In this document: piece after piece, positions 31,552-41,717 of the stretch
How positions within the stretch are numbered: position 1 is the stretch's first letter
Layout: each line of letters starts with the position of its first letter
Virus record (IMG/VR): IMGVR_UViG_3300029448_000002
Source: an uncultured virus (IMG/VR IMGVR_UViG_3300029448_000002)
Lineage: Duplodnaviria; Heunggongvirae; Uroviricota; Caudoviricetes
Strand: one strand, 5' to 3'
Length of the DNA stretch: 64,000 nt
Position numbers and translations under genes: made by a program
The notes under the pieces: generated by a model
What the model saw: only the letters and a program-made list of their open reading frames with translations
The model's database searches: none
Told to the model about the DNA's origin: nothing

Positions 31552-33542
31552 TAGTAACTACCCCCTCCACTCGACGAAGAACTACCACCGCTACCGCTGC
31601 TGCTGATACTTGAAGAGGACGAGGAACCACTACTGCTTCTACTTGTCGTACTCGAAGCAGTAAAGGCACTTGAGATCGAAGACGTTCCAACGTATGAAAC
31701 TCCAGATGTCGAGGTTTGGATTCTTCGGTCGGGACGATCATCCGGGAACATCACAACATTGTTTCTTTCGGAATCCTGCACATCTTGTGCCAAAATATAA
31801 TTTTCATTGGCAACCAACCGATTATTTGAAATTACAGAGCGAACACGAACATCACCAGACAACTCCTTAATTGTAAAACTATTGAATGTTACAACTCCTT
31901 TTTCATAATCAACTGTTCCGAAATCTTCTTCGACCACATTCTTTGTGCCGTTTACGATATTGAAAAGTTTGACTTTCCCAAAACCATCATCTTCCGCGAA
32001 AACTACAACTTCATTTCCATCAACATCAAAGTAGATAAAATCATTCGTAGTCACGACTGCCTCGTGACCATCGTGAGGGTGGAAGATAGGATTTGCAAAA
32101 TTCAAAGCGTAGTTAGATGGTGCATTTGGAGTGGGGATGAATCTTGCCTCCAGTGATGGAGTCAATGAAATGGTTTCAACTTCAACAAGTGAGTCAAGAA
32201 TTTTCTTTACCATTCTGCTGATTGACACAACAGAGAAAAAGTTCTGAGAATTTTGCTCAAAGTAATCTGAGATAGTTTGCTGAATCACAGCAATAAGGCT
32301 TGCCTCGTTTAAAATTGTTTTTGATGGATCGTACACAACATTTGCATTGTATCTAAAATACAACTGAATTGCATCGATAACTTCTGGTGACACCCCGACA
32401 GAGCATTTAGACTGCAAGAATGTTTGAATAGAATTTTTAAGACTTGTTGTAATAATTGATCCTGAGTTTGGTTTTAGTGTGATAAACACCTTTCCAAACT
32501 GAGGTGGATTTGCATCCTCTCCACCATAACAATAGACTGATCTAAACCCTGAAAAATTATTTGAAACTAACGCTTCAAAGTCCGAAGTTGTGACGGCTCT
32601 ATTTTGTGCAGAAAACGATTTTGGTGAATTATATCGAATGCTTGCGACAGACTCTCTTTCAGATCCACCAGATGCAGCACTCTCTACTTCAATCGTAGAA
32701 AACTCATTGTAGAACAACGCTCTTGATGTTGATGAATCTGTTTTACCAACTCCATTAGCAAGCGGTCCATTTGTTTGCAAGTACGACACATTGATCAAGT
32801 TTCCGGCACTTAGTTTTTTACCAATTACACCATCGCCAAACCGAATCGAATAAACACCATCAAAATCCTCCTCGACGAAGAAAGCATTTGTCGTGGAGGT
32901 AATTTCAGTATAGTTGTTTGCTTCGCTCCAGACATCATCTACTCCCGATGTATCACTCACGGACTTGAATACTTGAACACGAAGAGTTTTTGTATCAGCG
33001 TTGGGGTCATCAATTCTATATTTTTGATTTGCATCCGATGACGGCACAACAAAAGAGAAAGATTTGATCTCACCCTCTCGCAGTTCTACATTGTTTGCGA
33101 ATCTACCATTGCCGGTGTTCGTGTCCAAGATGGAGAGAGAAACCGGATCAATATTTGTAAAATTATATGATTTGTTTCCAACTCTTGCCAGAAATCTTGA
33201 ACCCCGTGGAAGAGTATTGATTGTTAAATTATTGAATGTGCAGTTTGCTGTCAGCGTTGGGGCAGTCCTCGAAAATGGGACATATCCTAAACTTTTAGCG
33301 TGAGAGACAACCGATGATCTTTTTTGTGCTGTATCCAAGAACAATTCACTTGCAGTAAAATTGTTGTAAACGCCCTGATAGTGAGTGTAGTATGATAACA
33401 AATCAAGAATTACACTAAGACCAGAGCCTTCAAAGTCATAATCTTTGAATTCTTCTTGGTTTTGAAGAAAGTTAATCATATTTTGCTTGATTGTGTCAAA
33501 ATCAAGTTGATTAACAGAGAGTGATTTTCTTTCGTTATCCAT
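31551..33542 (-). CDS. gp6: Baseplate wedge gp6
   Basis: LDFDTIKQN, FKDYDFEGSGL, AQNRAVTTSDF, GGEDANPPQFGKV; Ser/Gly tail. Confidence 0.95.
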   Translation of the reverse strand: MDNERKSLSVNQLDFDTIKQNMINFLQNQEEFKDYDFEGSGLSVILDLLSYYTHYQGVYNNFTASELFLDTAQKRSSVVSHAKSLGYVPFSRTAPTLTANCTFNNLTINTLPRGSRFLARVGNKSYNFTNIDPVSLSILDTNTGNGRFANNVELREGEIKSFSFVVPSSDANQKYRIDDPNADTKTLRVQVFKSVSDTSGVDDVWSEANNYTEITSTTNAFFVEEDFDGVYSIRFGDGVIGKKLSAGNLINVSYLQTNGPLANGVGKTDSSTSRALFYNEFSTIEVESAASGGSERESVASIRYNSPKSFSAQNRAVTTSDFEALVSNNFSGFRSVYCYGGEDANPPQFGKVFITLKPNSGSIITTSLKNSIQTFLQSKCSVGVSPEVIDAIQLYFRYNANVVYDPSKTILNEASLIAVIQQTISDYFEQNSQNFFSVVSISRMVKKILDSLVEVETISLTPSLEARFIPTPNAPSNYALNFANPIFHPHDGHEAVVTTNDFIYFDVDGNEVVVFAEDDGFGKVKLFNIVNGTKNVVEEDFGTVDYEKGVVTFNSFTIKELSGDVRVRSVISNNRLVANENYILAQDVQDSERNNVVMFPDDRPDRRIQTSTSGVSYVGTSSISSAFTASSTTSRSSSGSSSSSSISSSGSGGSSSSSGGGSY

Positions 33543-33922
33543 TATCGAATCCTTTCAAGACTGATTTCAACTTTGACGGGAGCGGGATTGTTGTTGACAT
33601 TGAAAACAATTGTCACATCAAATGCGTTTCTATCTAAATCTGGTGAAACTTTGACACCTCTTAGAGAAGCACGCGGCTCATTGTCAATAATTGCTTTTTC
33701 AATCTCTCCCTTGATTCTAAGTGCGGTGATTGAATTAATGTTTTCAAAAAGTTTTCCACGAACATTTCCACCAAACGTAGGAGAAAATGGTTTTTCTAAA
33801 AAATTGTAGAGAACAATATTTCTCACCGATCTACGAACCGCCTCGCTGTCACGCAAGATATTGACATCGTTGGTGATGGGGTTCTTCGTAAAGTTAAGAT
33901 CGATGTCTGAGAATCTGCTCAT
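33542..33922 (-). CDS. gp25: Baseplate wedge gp25
   Basis: FSDIDLNFTKNPITND, AVRRSVRNIV, EKPF.P.FG, EPR. Confidence 0.93.
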   Translation of the reverse strand: MSRFSDIDLNFTKNPITNDVNILRDSEAVRRSVRNIVLYNFLEKPFSPTFGGNVRGKLFENINSITALRIKGEIEKAIIDNEPRASLRGVKVSPDLDRNAFDVTIVFNVNNNPAPVKVEISLERIR

Positions 33923-33927
33923 ATTTT

Positions 33928-33933
33928 TATTTA
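33928..33933 (-). promoter_or_regulatory. Late promoter box TAAATA for gp25-gp6
   Basis: CATAAATA, 5 nt before the ATG. Confidence 0.6.
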
Positions 33934-36003
33934 TGTAATGTTGAGTAAGCCTTTTAGGTCAGGTTTTGCAATTTGCCCCAATAATTTTTGACTGAAACAA
34001 GGATCCTCTGCCATTGTTAAGACTGAGAACCCAAGGCTTGATTTGGAAATGTAGTCGAGTGCGGCAAAATATGTCGCGTTGTCTGAATCAATAAGATTTC
34101 TGATGCTCGTTGTGAAATCAAGAGTTGAATTACCAAGACTGATCAATCTCCCTAATTGCTCTTGTGAGGCTTTTGATAAATCTAATCTACCATCATTTAA
34201 TGGAAACTCGGACAAGAAGCCTCGAATATTACCGTTGACTAATGAATCAATGGAGTCATATAAGGCTTGACCCGGACCTAAAATACTACTAAAAAACGGA
34301 GAGTAATGATCCACAAGTGCCTGTCCGATATTTCCTGAATCTATAGCATTTTTGATGTTGTTGTAACTTTGAGCAATTGATTGGATCCCCACCAAACCGG
34401 GAAGATCACCAACTCCACCGCCGGGATTGAAGCCCTCTCTGTAATTGCTCACACCACTCAGTCTGTATGCGTGATCCTGAAATTCTTGTGATCGTGCCGT
34501 GATTAAGTTAATACGCTCTGATAAAAACCCAACGGCGGTATTTACACGAATTGTGCCTTGGCTATCAACAAAAGTTGAAAGTGGATTACCAAATTCGTCA
34601 GTTAATGGGGTGTCAATTGCACTTGAAAGATCGCTGAGAATCTGTCCAGTTCCACTCAATACACCATTAACCGCCTCTTCGACTGGACTCCTAAACACTT
34701 CACCAGTAATAACATCCTGAATTGCTTGTATTTCATCCTCTGAAAGTGGCAGGGGTGGAAGATCACAGCCAGAGGTGTTAAATAAATCAAGATTGAATAA
34801 TTGTCCAGCAGCAATATATTCATCAGTTTGGTTGATCTCAGTTGGTGCATCCTCATCAGGAAAGGAGATGATTCCTGCTTCTGGAAAAAATGCTGTGACA
34901 CCAATTGTATTTGTTCTTAAGAAGAGTTTATTCGCTATTACTTCTGTGGTATTCAGTTCAATAATATTATCGACAAGACTATCGAAAAACCCCGCAGAAA
35001 TATAATCTTCCTGCCCCGGAGGACTATCTAAATCTTCAAATGATACTGAGTGATTAAAAGCAATACCAACTTTATCAATCAGACTACCAACAGTTGTAGA
35101 ACCACCAATCGGTAAAGGAACGGTCGCAGGAAAACTTTTATTGAACAAATTATAGGCACGTTCCATCTGATCTCTTACGATTGACGATTGAGGTGCTGGT
35201 TGCTGTTCCTCACCCTCGGGTGGGACCGGGGGAATATCTGAACCGATAGGAGATAATAATCGAACATTACCCTCTAACACCAAATTAAAAACAATATTTG
35301 CAGCAGTGACGTTACGGTCAGTTGGTGACACAAATAATGGACTAGTTTCATCACCGTACGGACCCAATCTTTCAATGTATGTAAAGTAGTTTCTTAATCC
35401 ATCAGAGTAAAAAGAGTCATAATCTGAACTTAAATATGTTGGGTTGTAAATTGGTGTAATACTGATGTTCGCAGACGGAAAAATATCTTTAATTACGTTT
35501 AATCTCTTTTGAACACCCGATACAAAATTAGGCATCACGCCAGAAAGTTCATAACTTTCTCTTGGAATATTGCTACGATATGTTCCAAAAAATGACAAAA
35601 ATAAATGATCAAAACTAATTTCAGTGCCATTTAGAAAAATAAGATTTGGATCAACCATATCATCAATCACAAAACTAAAGTTAACGTTCACATCTCTGAT
35701 ATCCTGAATTTCCTCAAATGTTTTTCCTAACAAAATAGGAAGATTGAGTGCGGCGTTTGCGAACATTGTGTCTTCATCAGAATTTGCAAATTCAATAATA
35801 CTTGAGAAAGAAGAGAACGGCTCGTCTCCTGCGTTTTCCTCCTCCTCTGTCAGAAGAATCTTTTCAAGTTGCGTGACATCAAGAAAGATTGCGTCTTTAT
35901 TGACTGCACCACCCAAGTTTTCAATTGTAGGTGAAAAGATGCGAGGCTTTAAATCCTCACCAATAAGTTTATTCCTAAGAACGGTAAATAAATCAATCGT
36001 CAT
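33931..36003 (-). CDS. Hypothetical 690-aa acidic protein in the baseplate cluster
   Basis: Long ORF tightly packed in the operon; no motif recognised. Confidence 0.75.
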   Translation of the reverse strand: MTIDLFTVLRNKLIGEDLKPRIFSPTIENLGGAVNKDAIFLDVTQLEKILLTEEEENAGDEPFSSFSSIIEFANSDEDTMFANAALNLPILLGKTFEEIQDIRDVNVNFSFVIDDMVDPNLIFLNGTEISFDHLFLSFFGTYRSNIPRESYELSGVMPNFVSGVQKRLNVIKDIFPSANISITPIYNPTYLSSDYDSFYSDGLRNYFTYIERLGPYGDETSPLFVSPTDRNVTAANIVFNLVLEGNVRLLSPIGSDIPPVPPEGEEQQPAPQSSIVRDQMERAYNLFNKSFPATVPLPIGGSTTVGSLIDKVGIAFNHSVSFEDLDSPPGQEDYISAGFFDSLVDNIIELNTTEVIANKLFLRTNTIGVTAFFPEAGIISFPDEDAPTEINQTDEYIAAGQLFNLDLFNTSGCDLPPLPLSEDEIQAIQDVITGEVFRSPVEEAVNGVLSGTGQILSDLSSAIDTPLTDEFGNPLSTFVDSQGTIRVNTAVGFLSERINLITARSQEFQDHAYRLSGVSNYREGFNPGGGVGDLPGLVGIQSIAQSYNNIKNAIDSGNIGQALVDHYSPFFSSILGPGQALYDSIDSLVNGNIRGFLSEFPLNDGRLDLSKASQEQLGRLISLGNSTLDFTTSIRNLIDSDNATYFAALDYISKSSLGFSVLTMAEDPCFSQKLLGQIAKPDLKGLLNIT

Positions 36004-36010
36004 ATTTTAC

Positions 36011-36595
36011 TCACATTTCTACCCAATAACCACGACCATCTTCCACGACAAAAACGTAGTTAAGTCCTGTGCTAGTATTTATCCAGATATCACCAGAGAT
36101 AGCAGAAGACGGTACATCGGGGGTGATGATTGTTGAGTTGCTATCCTTTTCTTTAACCGAAAATTTTCTTGTAATTCCGGGTCTTTCGTACAAACCAGTT
36201 TTATAGTTTACCAAGGGTTTGGTCTGTAAAAGATAAGAATACACAGATTGTCGATCATTAAATAAAAGACTCGTTAATTCGTTATTGGAATTTTTTACCT
36301 GCACAGGGTATTCAAAGGGTCTAATACTTTTATTTTGATTAAACAATCCTCGCATTGAATCAATTTTTTGATCAGACAATTCTGGGTAATCAGTTTTAAT
36401 TTCAACATTTGTGAGCGACTTCAACATCATCGACACAAATGTAAATCTGGCTGTCTGACCTTTCGGATATGATCCTCTATTGCCTTCATCGTCTGTGAAG
36501 TTTTGCGTGTACCCCTCCTCCTCGGCAAAGATTGTAAGAAGAACTCCCTTCGCTTGGACATAGTTAATCAGGTTGAGCGTTTCTTTTGTAGTCAT
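36011..36595 (-). CDS. Hypothetical protein with C-terminal GDIW..Y..W motif
   Basis: ATGA-coupled to PAAR; C-terminal GDIWINTSTGLNYVF..YWVE resembles short trimeric virion motifs. Confidence 0.65.
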   Translation of the reverse strand: MTTKETLNLINYVQAKGVLLTIFAEEEGYTQNFTDDEGNRGSYPKGQTARFTFVSMMLKSLTNVEIKTDYPELSDQKIDSMRGLFNQNKSIRPFEYPVQVKNSNNELTSLLFNDRQSVYSYLLQTKPLVNYKTGLYERPGITRKFSVKEKDSNSTIITPDVPSSAISGDIWINTSTGLNYVFVVEDGRGYWVEM

Positions 36596-36858
36596 CCGAT
36601 ATTCACATTTCCCGAACCAGACGAAATTGAGTGAGAGCAGGTAGCAGAATCGGTAACTCTCGAAAGTCCAATACCAGAACTGTAAACAGTCGTACTCCCA
36701 GTGATAATTTTTGAAGATGAGTGGGGTGAGTCTCCGTGTGGAGAAACAATCGATCCAACCGTCGCTGGTGGGATACCGTTTATGTTGACAGAGTTGGCAC
36801 GACTACTGAGTATGTCGCCACCTGCCTTGTCACCGATTCTTGCTGCTGGTAATCCCAT
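36592..36858 (-). CDS. PAAR spike-tip protein (gp5.4-like)
   Basis: MGLPAARIGD, His/Cys metal ligands, GSGNVNIG; directly follows gp5. Confidence 0.92.
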   Translation of the reverse strand: MGLPAARIGDKAGGDILSSRANSVNINGIPPATVGSIVSPHGDSPHSSSKIITGSTTVYSSGIGLSRVTDSATCSHSISSGSGNVNIG

Positions 36859-36859
36859 A

Positions 36860-37747
36860 TTAGTTCAAATTGATTGGCTTTCCAGAAATATTTACAGTTT
36901 TGCCAGAAAGATTCAAATTTCCATTCGTTGAAATATCTATGCCATCCTCAGCAACAAAGTCAAGTTTACCATCTACTTTCACATTTGCATTTCCGTTGAT
37001 GAGAATGTTTGCGTTTTGGTCTACGTCGATATTAAGGTTGCCCCTAACGTGTAGGTTATTGTCATTAATAGTCACTTCGTACTTGCTGCCAACAACTTTG
37101 AGAACCGTGCTGCCATCAGGATGAATTTCCTCAAAGGTTCCCGAACGATGATACCAGTGGATTCTCTCTGCACCGGGTGTGTCATCAAACTCTTGAATGT
37201 GACCACCCTCAGTTTCTTTTACTTTGTTGAATGGATACTGTGTGTTATAAGGTGTTGTTGGCTCGGTGATTTGACTTGACGAACCACCACCAGAAGGAAC
37301 CTCCATCTCGTCGATGTCATTTCTTTTCTTTTCAACAATCGTTTCTTCAATCTTTTCGTTTCTTGCCAAACGGTTTGTATCGGATTCGTCAATGAAGTCT
37401 TCCTTTGGGTAGACACCGCTTGGATCGCTAAATCCAACATTTGGATTTGGAAGCATACTTGAGATTGCAGGGATTGTTCCAAAGTAAACAGGATTTTGTG
37501 CAAGGCTGCCATCTCTAAAAAATCCAACAACCCAAGTGCCAGTGACAGGACCAAGTGGAGTTTCACCAATACCGTTTACAGATGCAGATGTCACTGGAGT
37601 GATCGGTGTTGCCCAAGGCAAATCTTCGGTCGGAAGATCCTGTTTGTTTTCTGTGTGATAGCCGTAGCACCTAATCTTCACGCGACCAATTTTCAAGGGG
37701 TCGTTTCGATCTTCAATCACACCCTGAAACCATACAAAATCATCCAT
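36860..37747 (-). CDS. gp5: Baseplate spike gp5 (OB-fold + beta-helix, no lysozyme domain)
   Basis: WFQGVIEDRNDPLKIGRVKIR, LPWA, GTWVVGFFRDG, YPFNKV.ETEGGHIQEFDDTPGAERI. Confidence 0.93.
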   Translation of the reverse strand: MDDFVWFQGVIEDRNDPLKIGRVKIRCYGYHTENKQDLPTEDLPWATPITPVTSASVNGIGETPLGPVTGTWVVGFFRDGSLAQNPVYFGTIPAISSMLPNPNVGFSDPSGVYPKEDFIDESDTNRLARNEKIEETIVEKKRNDIDEMEVPSGGGSSSQITEPTTPYNTQYPFNKVKETEGGHIQEFDDTPGAERIHWYHRSGTFEEIHPDGSTVLKVVGSKYEVTINDNNLHVRGNLNIDVDQNANILINGNANVKVDGKLDFVAEDGIDISTNGNLNLSGKTVNISGKPINLN

Positions 37748-37748
37748 A

Positions 37749-39050
37749 TCAACCTCCTATTGTCGTGGTAGTGGGTACTGCTTGACCACGGAAATTTCTC
37801 ACTGCTTCGATGGCAGTTTTATATTCGTCACCAGCGGACGGATCAAAGTAAAACCGATGACCCAATCCTTTAATTAAATAATTTGTGCTGAGGTCTTCAT
37901 CATTTTCACCCTCTTGAATCAGTTCCTCGTCAACATCATTCTTTGTAATTTGAATTGAAATCGTCTGACCTGCTTCAAGAATTGAATCTCCACAAATGTC
38001 GAATGTTATTTGTGAATCATTGTGAATTCCAATGTTTGAATTGAGATACAACTCGCACTCAGTTATATCGTCATAATTGGGAGCAAATCTTGAGGTGCTG
38101 TCATTTGTATACAAAATTTTTGGTCTTGTGTAGTTTTCGTTGTCTGCCTCAGAGATGATTGTCTCTCCTCGTCCCTTGTCGTTTGCAAGAATTGAGTCTT
38201 TGGCATATGACAGATTTTGATTTAAAATAAACTTTCGAGTGATGTCGAAGGATTTTAAATTTGTTGAAAACACACCAGCAGAAACTTGTTTCGCACGATT
38301 GAATTCCTTACCAAATTTAAGATTTCTCATCTTGTGCGTGCCGAGCGTGAAGTCATCTTGGAGTTCTTCGGTTCTTCTCACGTTGGAGTCAAAGTAGAAG
38401 TTTACCGGATCTGCCGTGTAAAGATTGAGAAGGTTCTTAAACTTCAAGCCACTTGAGGTTTCATACAAGAGAAAGCCAACATTGCGAATATCATTTTCGA
38501 CGTATCCTCTCTGCGCCATTTGTGCAATCATCTCAGAGGGACGCTTGAAGGGAAAGGCATACTGAAAGTTACCGCTGGTGTCATCAACATCAGCAAGTTC
38601 TGTATTGAGGTTTTCGCTGACCACATTCTTTGTGATCTCGGAGATTTTACCAGTGTACGAACGACTAATTTTTGTGTTTAAGTCGTTGTATCCGTTGATT
38701 GACATTAGTTTAAAAGAAATAACATCAGTTCTTGTTTTGTCAGTACGAAATCTTGAGTTCTGTCCGATGATTCTAAATCGCACAGTTTTGAAATTTTTGT
38801 ATTGTGGACTTCGATATTCAACCGTGACAATCTCTCGACCAATGATTGGTAATTTTTTCATCAATCCAACCGTGTCGGTGAATGTCATATCACCAATCAT
38901 AAATGGTGAAAAAATATTTTCAAAAAAGCCAAGAGAGGTGACGTATTCTCGAATTGAAAATTCACCACCAGCGAGAGATTCAATACGAATGTCTTCGATG
39001 ACTACATCGTTTTCTTTTGTAATAAAATCTCTGTCTCTTGGTTGCGTCAT
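37749..39050 (-). CDS. Baseplate hub protein (gp27-like)
   Basis: ENIFSPFMIG..D..G..LPIIGRE, FLLYET; size and position between gp53 and gp5. Confidence 0.6.
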   Translation of the reverse strand: MTQPRDRDFITKENDVVIEDIRIESLAGGEFSIREYVTSLGFFENIFSPFMIGDMTFTDTVGLMKKLPIIGREIVTVEYRSPQYKNFKTVRFRIIGQNSRFRTDKTRTDVISFKLMSINGYNDLNTKISRSYTGKISEITKNVVSENLNTELADVDDTSGNFQYAFPFKRPSEMIAQMAQRGYVENDIRNVGFLLYETSSGLKFKNLLNLYTADPVNFYFDSNVRRTEELQDDFTLGTHKMRNLKFGKEFNRAKQVSAGVFSTNLKSFDITRKFILNQNLSYAKDSILANDKGRGETIISEADNENYTRPKILYTNDSTSRFAPNYDDITECELYLNSNIGIHNDSQITFDICGDSILEAGQTISIQITKNDVDEELIQEGENDEDLSTNYLIKGLGHRFYFDPSAGDEYKTAIEAVRNFRGQAVPTTTTIGG

Positions 39051-39943
39051 TGATTACCTACGATATTTGAAAACTCTCGATTGATATCTTGGACAACACT
39101 TGCCGATGGAACCCTAATTCTTCTTTTACTCTCGTTCACACGACGCTCGTATTCTGCGTTTGTCACGACATATGTTGCATCATCATTTTCAATGTAATTG
39201 TGAAGAATTGTGTCAGAATAATTGATTCCGTCTGTGTGAATTGGTGTTTGAATATTGTCGGCTCCGGGAGGTGATGCGAGAGGATCCAAGACGATACCGC
39301 CGGTTGCACCTTTGTCTGTTTCAAAATGGTGAACAGCCTGATCCCCTGCCACGACTTTACGAATTTTAGCACGAAACGGATCGAGAAGCCATTTTCGTCT
39401 TGCCAGATTTTCACCTGTTTCAAAAACACCTGTTTGCTCAGTGAGTTGAATTTGTGAAAGAGCAGTATTGAAATACTTTACTCTGCCGACCTTTGTTTCA
39501 GAATTAAATTTTTCAATACCACCAGATACAATGTTTTCAAATTCTCTTCTTGTGGTGGACAACGAATCACCTTCTTGCAGAGATGCCGTCGAGTCAAAGA
39601 AAGGTGCAACAGTGTCATCACTGTTTCCAATGAACAAACACTGACCACTATATTTTTTGTTCACATATCTCTCAAGCGAGTTCGTTGATAACGGAAAAGA
39701 ATAGAATGGGTCAAGTGCTTCATTGAAGAGTAGAATGATCCAATTGTAGTTTGGATCGTCAAAGAATCTTTGTGAAATCATATCCGGTGTCTCACCATCT
39801 CTGATCGTATACTCAGCGTAATTTGATCTTTGCAGTAAAGACTCATTTGCAAAGATAGCACGACGGAGGGTGTCTTTCACCCCAGACCGCTGACCATCTG
39901 GATTTACATAACTTGTTGTTGGAAATTTATCAAAGTAAGCCAT
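39047..39943 (-). CDS. gp53: Baseplate wedge gp53
   Basis: MAYFDKFP, YTIRDGETPDMIS, WIILLFN, HHFE, VTNAEYE..NESKRRI. Confidence 0.92.
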   Translation of the reverse strand: MAYFDKFPTTSYVNPDGQRSGVKDTLRRAIFANESLLQRSNYAEYTIRDGETPDMISQRFFDDPNYNWIILLFNEALDPFYSFPLSTNSLERYVNKKYSGQCLFIGNSDDTVAPFFDSTASLQEGDSLSTTRREFENIVSGGIEKFNSETKVGRVKYFNTALSQIQLTEQTGVFETGENLARRKWLLDPFRAKIRKVVAGDQAVHHFETDKGATGGIVLDPLASPPGADNIQTPIHTDGINYSDTILHNYIENDDATYVVTNAEYERRVNESKRRIRVPSASVVQDINREFSNIVGNQ

Positions 39944-41256
39944 TAGAATCCTGCCAGAATAAGTTGACGATTGAGAAGAACAGCCTGACTCAATGTGAGA
40001 CTAAGAGTAACCTCGGTTGGCACACCATCTCGGAAAAAGGTAGACCGTTCACTCGGCGCGTAGTTTACTGATAAGTCGGTCAAGAATGCACGACCAATCT
40101 TAGGAAGATTAATATTTTCTACAAACTCACCAGAAGGCAAATCACGGTAGAAGAAACTTACATCAAATTCGTGTGGTGCAAGCAACATTGTAGAAGAAAT
40201 GGAGAGTTCGGGAAGCATATGAAAACGAAATGCCTCGATGATATTTAACATCATAATTGACTCGCGTTGATTTCTTGGAGCAAACTTAAACTCTAGAGAA
40301 AATGTCTTTCTTCCGACACCTCTGAACAAGGATTCGTTCTTTGGATTCTCTGCAAATCCAAGCCTTGCTCGGAAAAAGTTAGACAGATCATTTTCACCAC
40401 CTGTTGGAATATTTTTTGCTGCTTTCTGTGACAGTTTTTCTACACCAAGTAATTTAAGTTTATCGATGCCCGCTCCGATATTCCCGGAAACGGCTTCGTT
40501 GATCGCATTGAAGACTCCAGCAGATCCCTCTTCATAATCCACTTTATCAGAGAAGTTCAAACCTGATGGAATATACATCAAAATTTGTTCTTCAAGTTTT
40601 TCAGTAGCCTTAGACAATCGAATATCCGATGCCACCTTATTAACAATTTCACGATTTGCAGATGGACCCACTGATGTTTCATTACCAAAACGATTTGTTC
40701 GTGTTAATTCACCCTTCAAAGGATCATAGGCAATACCACGATTACCGATCAAATCACCATATTTTCCGTATGCCGTGTATGATGATTTTTCATCTTGTGA
40801 AACAAATGAGTCACTAAAGTTTTCAAGGCTATCAAATGTGTCGGTGCTTAATTCAATACCTTCCTCAACATTTCCCTGCCTGTCAACCAAGCCAGCAGTG
40901 AAAAACGGACCATCCCCACTCGTATCAATACCGACCTTGGCACGTTGACTTTTTCGCTTGAAAACCTGAAACCGAATATAAGAGGATTGACGATTAGTTT
41001 CACTTTCCTCTGTAAGATCGACAGGATAAACAAGGTCACTTTCATATTGATAAAGATTTTTTGATCGACCCTTTGCCCGACTGCTAAAATATTCGTTTTG
41101 TCCTACTCCGACATCATCAAAAACATCAGCCAGATCATTTAGACTGTTATCTAAAAGAAAAGATGATCCTTTATCAACCAAATCATCAAATGCTGTTCTA
41201 TTTGTCGTATCGGGTTGTGTGGATTGCGGTTGCATTCCTGATTCGTCAACTGTCAT
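39943..41256 (-). CDS. gp48: Baseplate tail-tube cap gp48-like
   Basis: NPKNESLFRGVGRKTFSLEFKFAPRN..ES. Start moved to ATG 41256 (GGAGG RBS); the longer call overlaps gp4. Confidence 0.85.
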   Translation of the reverse strand: MTVDESGMQPQSTQPDTTNRTAFDDLVDKGSSFLLDNSLNDLADVFDDVGVGQNEYFSSRAKGRSKNLYQYESDLVYPVDLTEESETNRQSSYIRFQVFKRKSQRAKVGIDTSGDGPFFTAGLVDRQGNVEEGIELSTDTFDSLENFSDSFVSQDEKSSYTAYGKYGDLIGNRGIAYDPLKGELTRTNRFGNETSVGPSANREIVNKVASDIRLSKATEKLEEQILMYIPSGLNFSDKVDYEEGSAGVFNAINEAVSGNIGAGIDKLKLLGVEKLSQKAAKNIPTGGENDLSNFFRARLGFAENPKNESLFRGVGRKTFSLEFKFAPRNQRESIMMLNIIEAFRFHMLPELSISSTMLLAPHEFDVSFFYRDLPSGEFVENINLPKIGRAFLTDLSVNYAPSERSTFFRDGVPTEVTLSLTLSQAVLLNRQLILAGF

Positions 41257-41265
41257 AGTGCCTCC

Positions 41266-41280
41266 TACATATTCTATGTA
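41266..41280. promoter_or_regulatory. Palindromic pair of late boxes TACATA-TTC-TATGTA serving divergent gp48 and gp4
   Basis: + box at 41266-41271, - box at 41275-41280, exactly at the strand switch. Confidence 0.65.
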
Positions 41281-41717
41281 TGGCGTACCGTGGAAAGTAT
41301 CAACCAAAGAATCCTTCAAAATATCTTGGTGATCCAACAAAAATTGTTTACAGATCCCTGTGGGAACGTAAATGTATGAGAATCTTTGATGAGAATCCAA
41401 ATGTGATTCGTTGGGCATCCGAAGAGATGGCTATTCCATACTTTTCGCCGGTTGACAAAAAGCGACACAGATACTTTCCAGATTTTATCATTGAGGTCAA
41501 AAACAAAAAAGGTGAGATCGAAACTCAAATGCTTGAAGTCAAACCTGCAAAATACACCCGTGTTCCCAAAAAGCCAAAACGTATGTCACAAAGGTTTCTC
41601 AATGAGGCAAACACATACCTTGTCAATCAGGCAAAGTGGGAAGCAGCAGAAAACGTTTGTGAAAAGAAAGGCTGGAAGTTTAAGATTTTGACAGAGAAAG
41701 AAATCTATGGCAAGTGA
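41280..41717 (+). CDS. gp4: Head completion nuclease gp4
   Basis: MAYRGKY.PKNP.KY.GDP..IVYRSLWE, WASEE, HRYFPDF, EVKP, NQAKW. Confidence 0.93.
   Translation: MAYRGKYQPKNPSKYLGDPTKIVYRSLWERKCMRIFDENPNVIRWASEEMAIPYFSPVDKKRHRYFPDFIIEVKNKKGEIETQMLEVKPAKYTRVPKKPKRMSQRFLNEANTYLVNQAKWEAAENVCEKKGWKFKILTEKEIYGK

Noticed and set aside
31551..31720. Ser/Gly-rich gp6 tail
   Set aside because: Similar tails are common on gp6 of marine T4-like phages.
41257..41418. ORF-track N-terminal extensions of gp48 (also gp3 to 3975, LamG to 51299, ORF 60600 to 61784)
   Set aside because: They overlap neighbouring genes or regulatory sites; downstream ATGs have better RBS or promoter context.
41280..41717. TnsA-like nuclease as a transposon gene
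   Set aside because: It is the conserved head-completion gp4 in its normal context.
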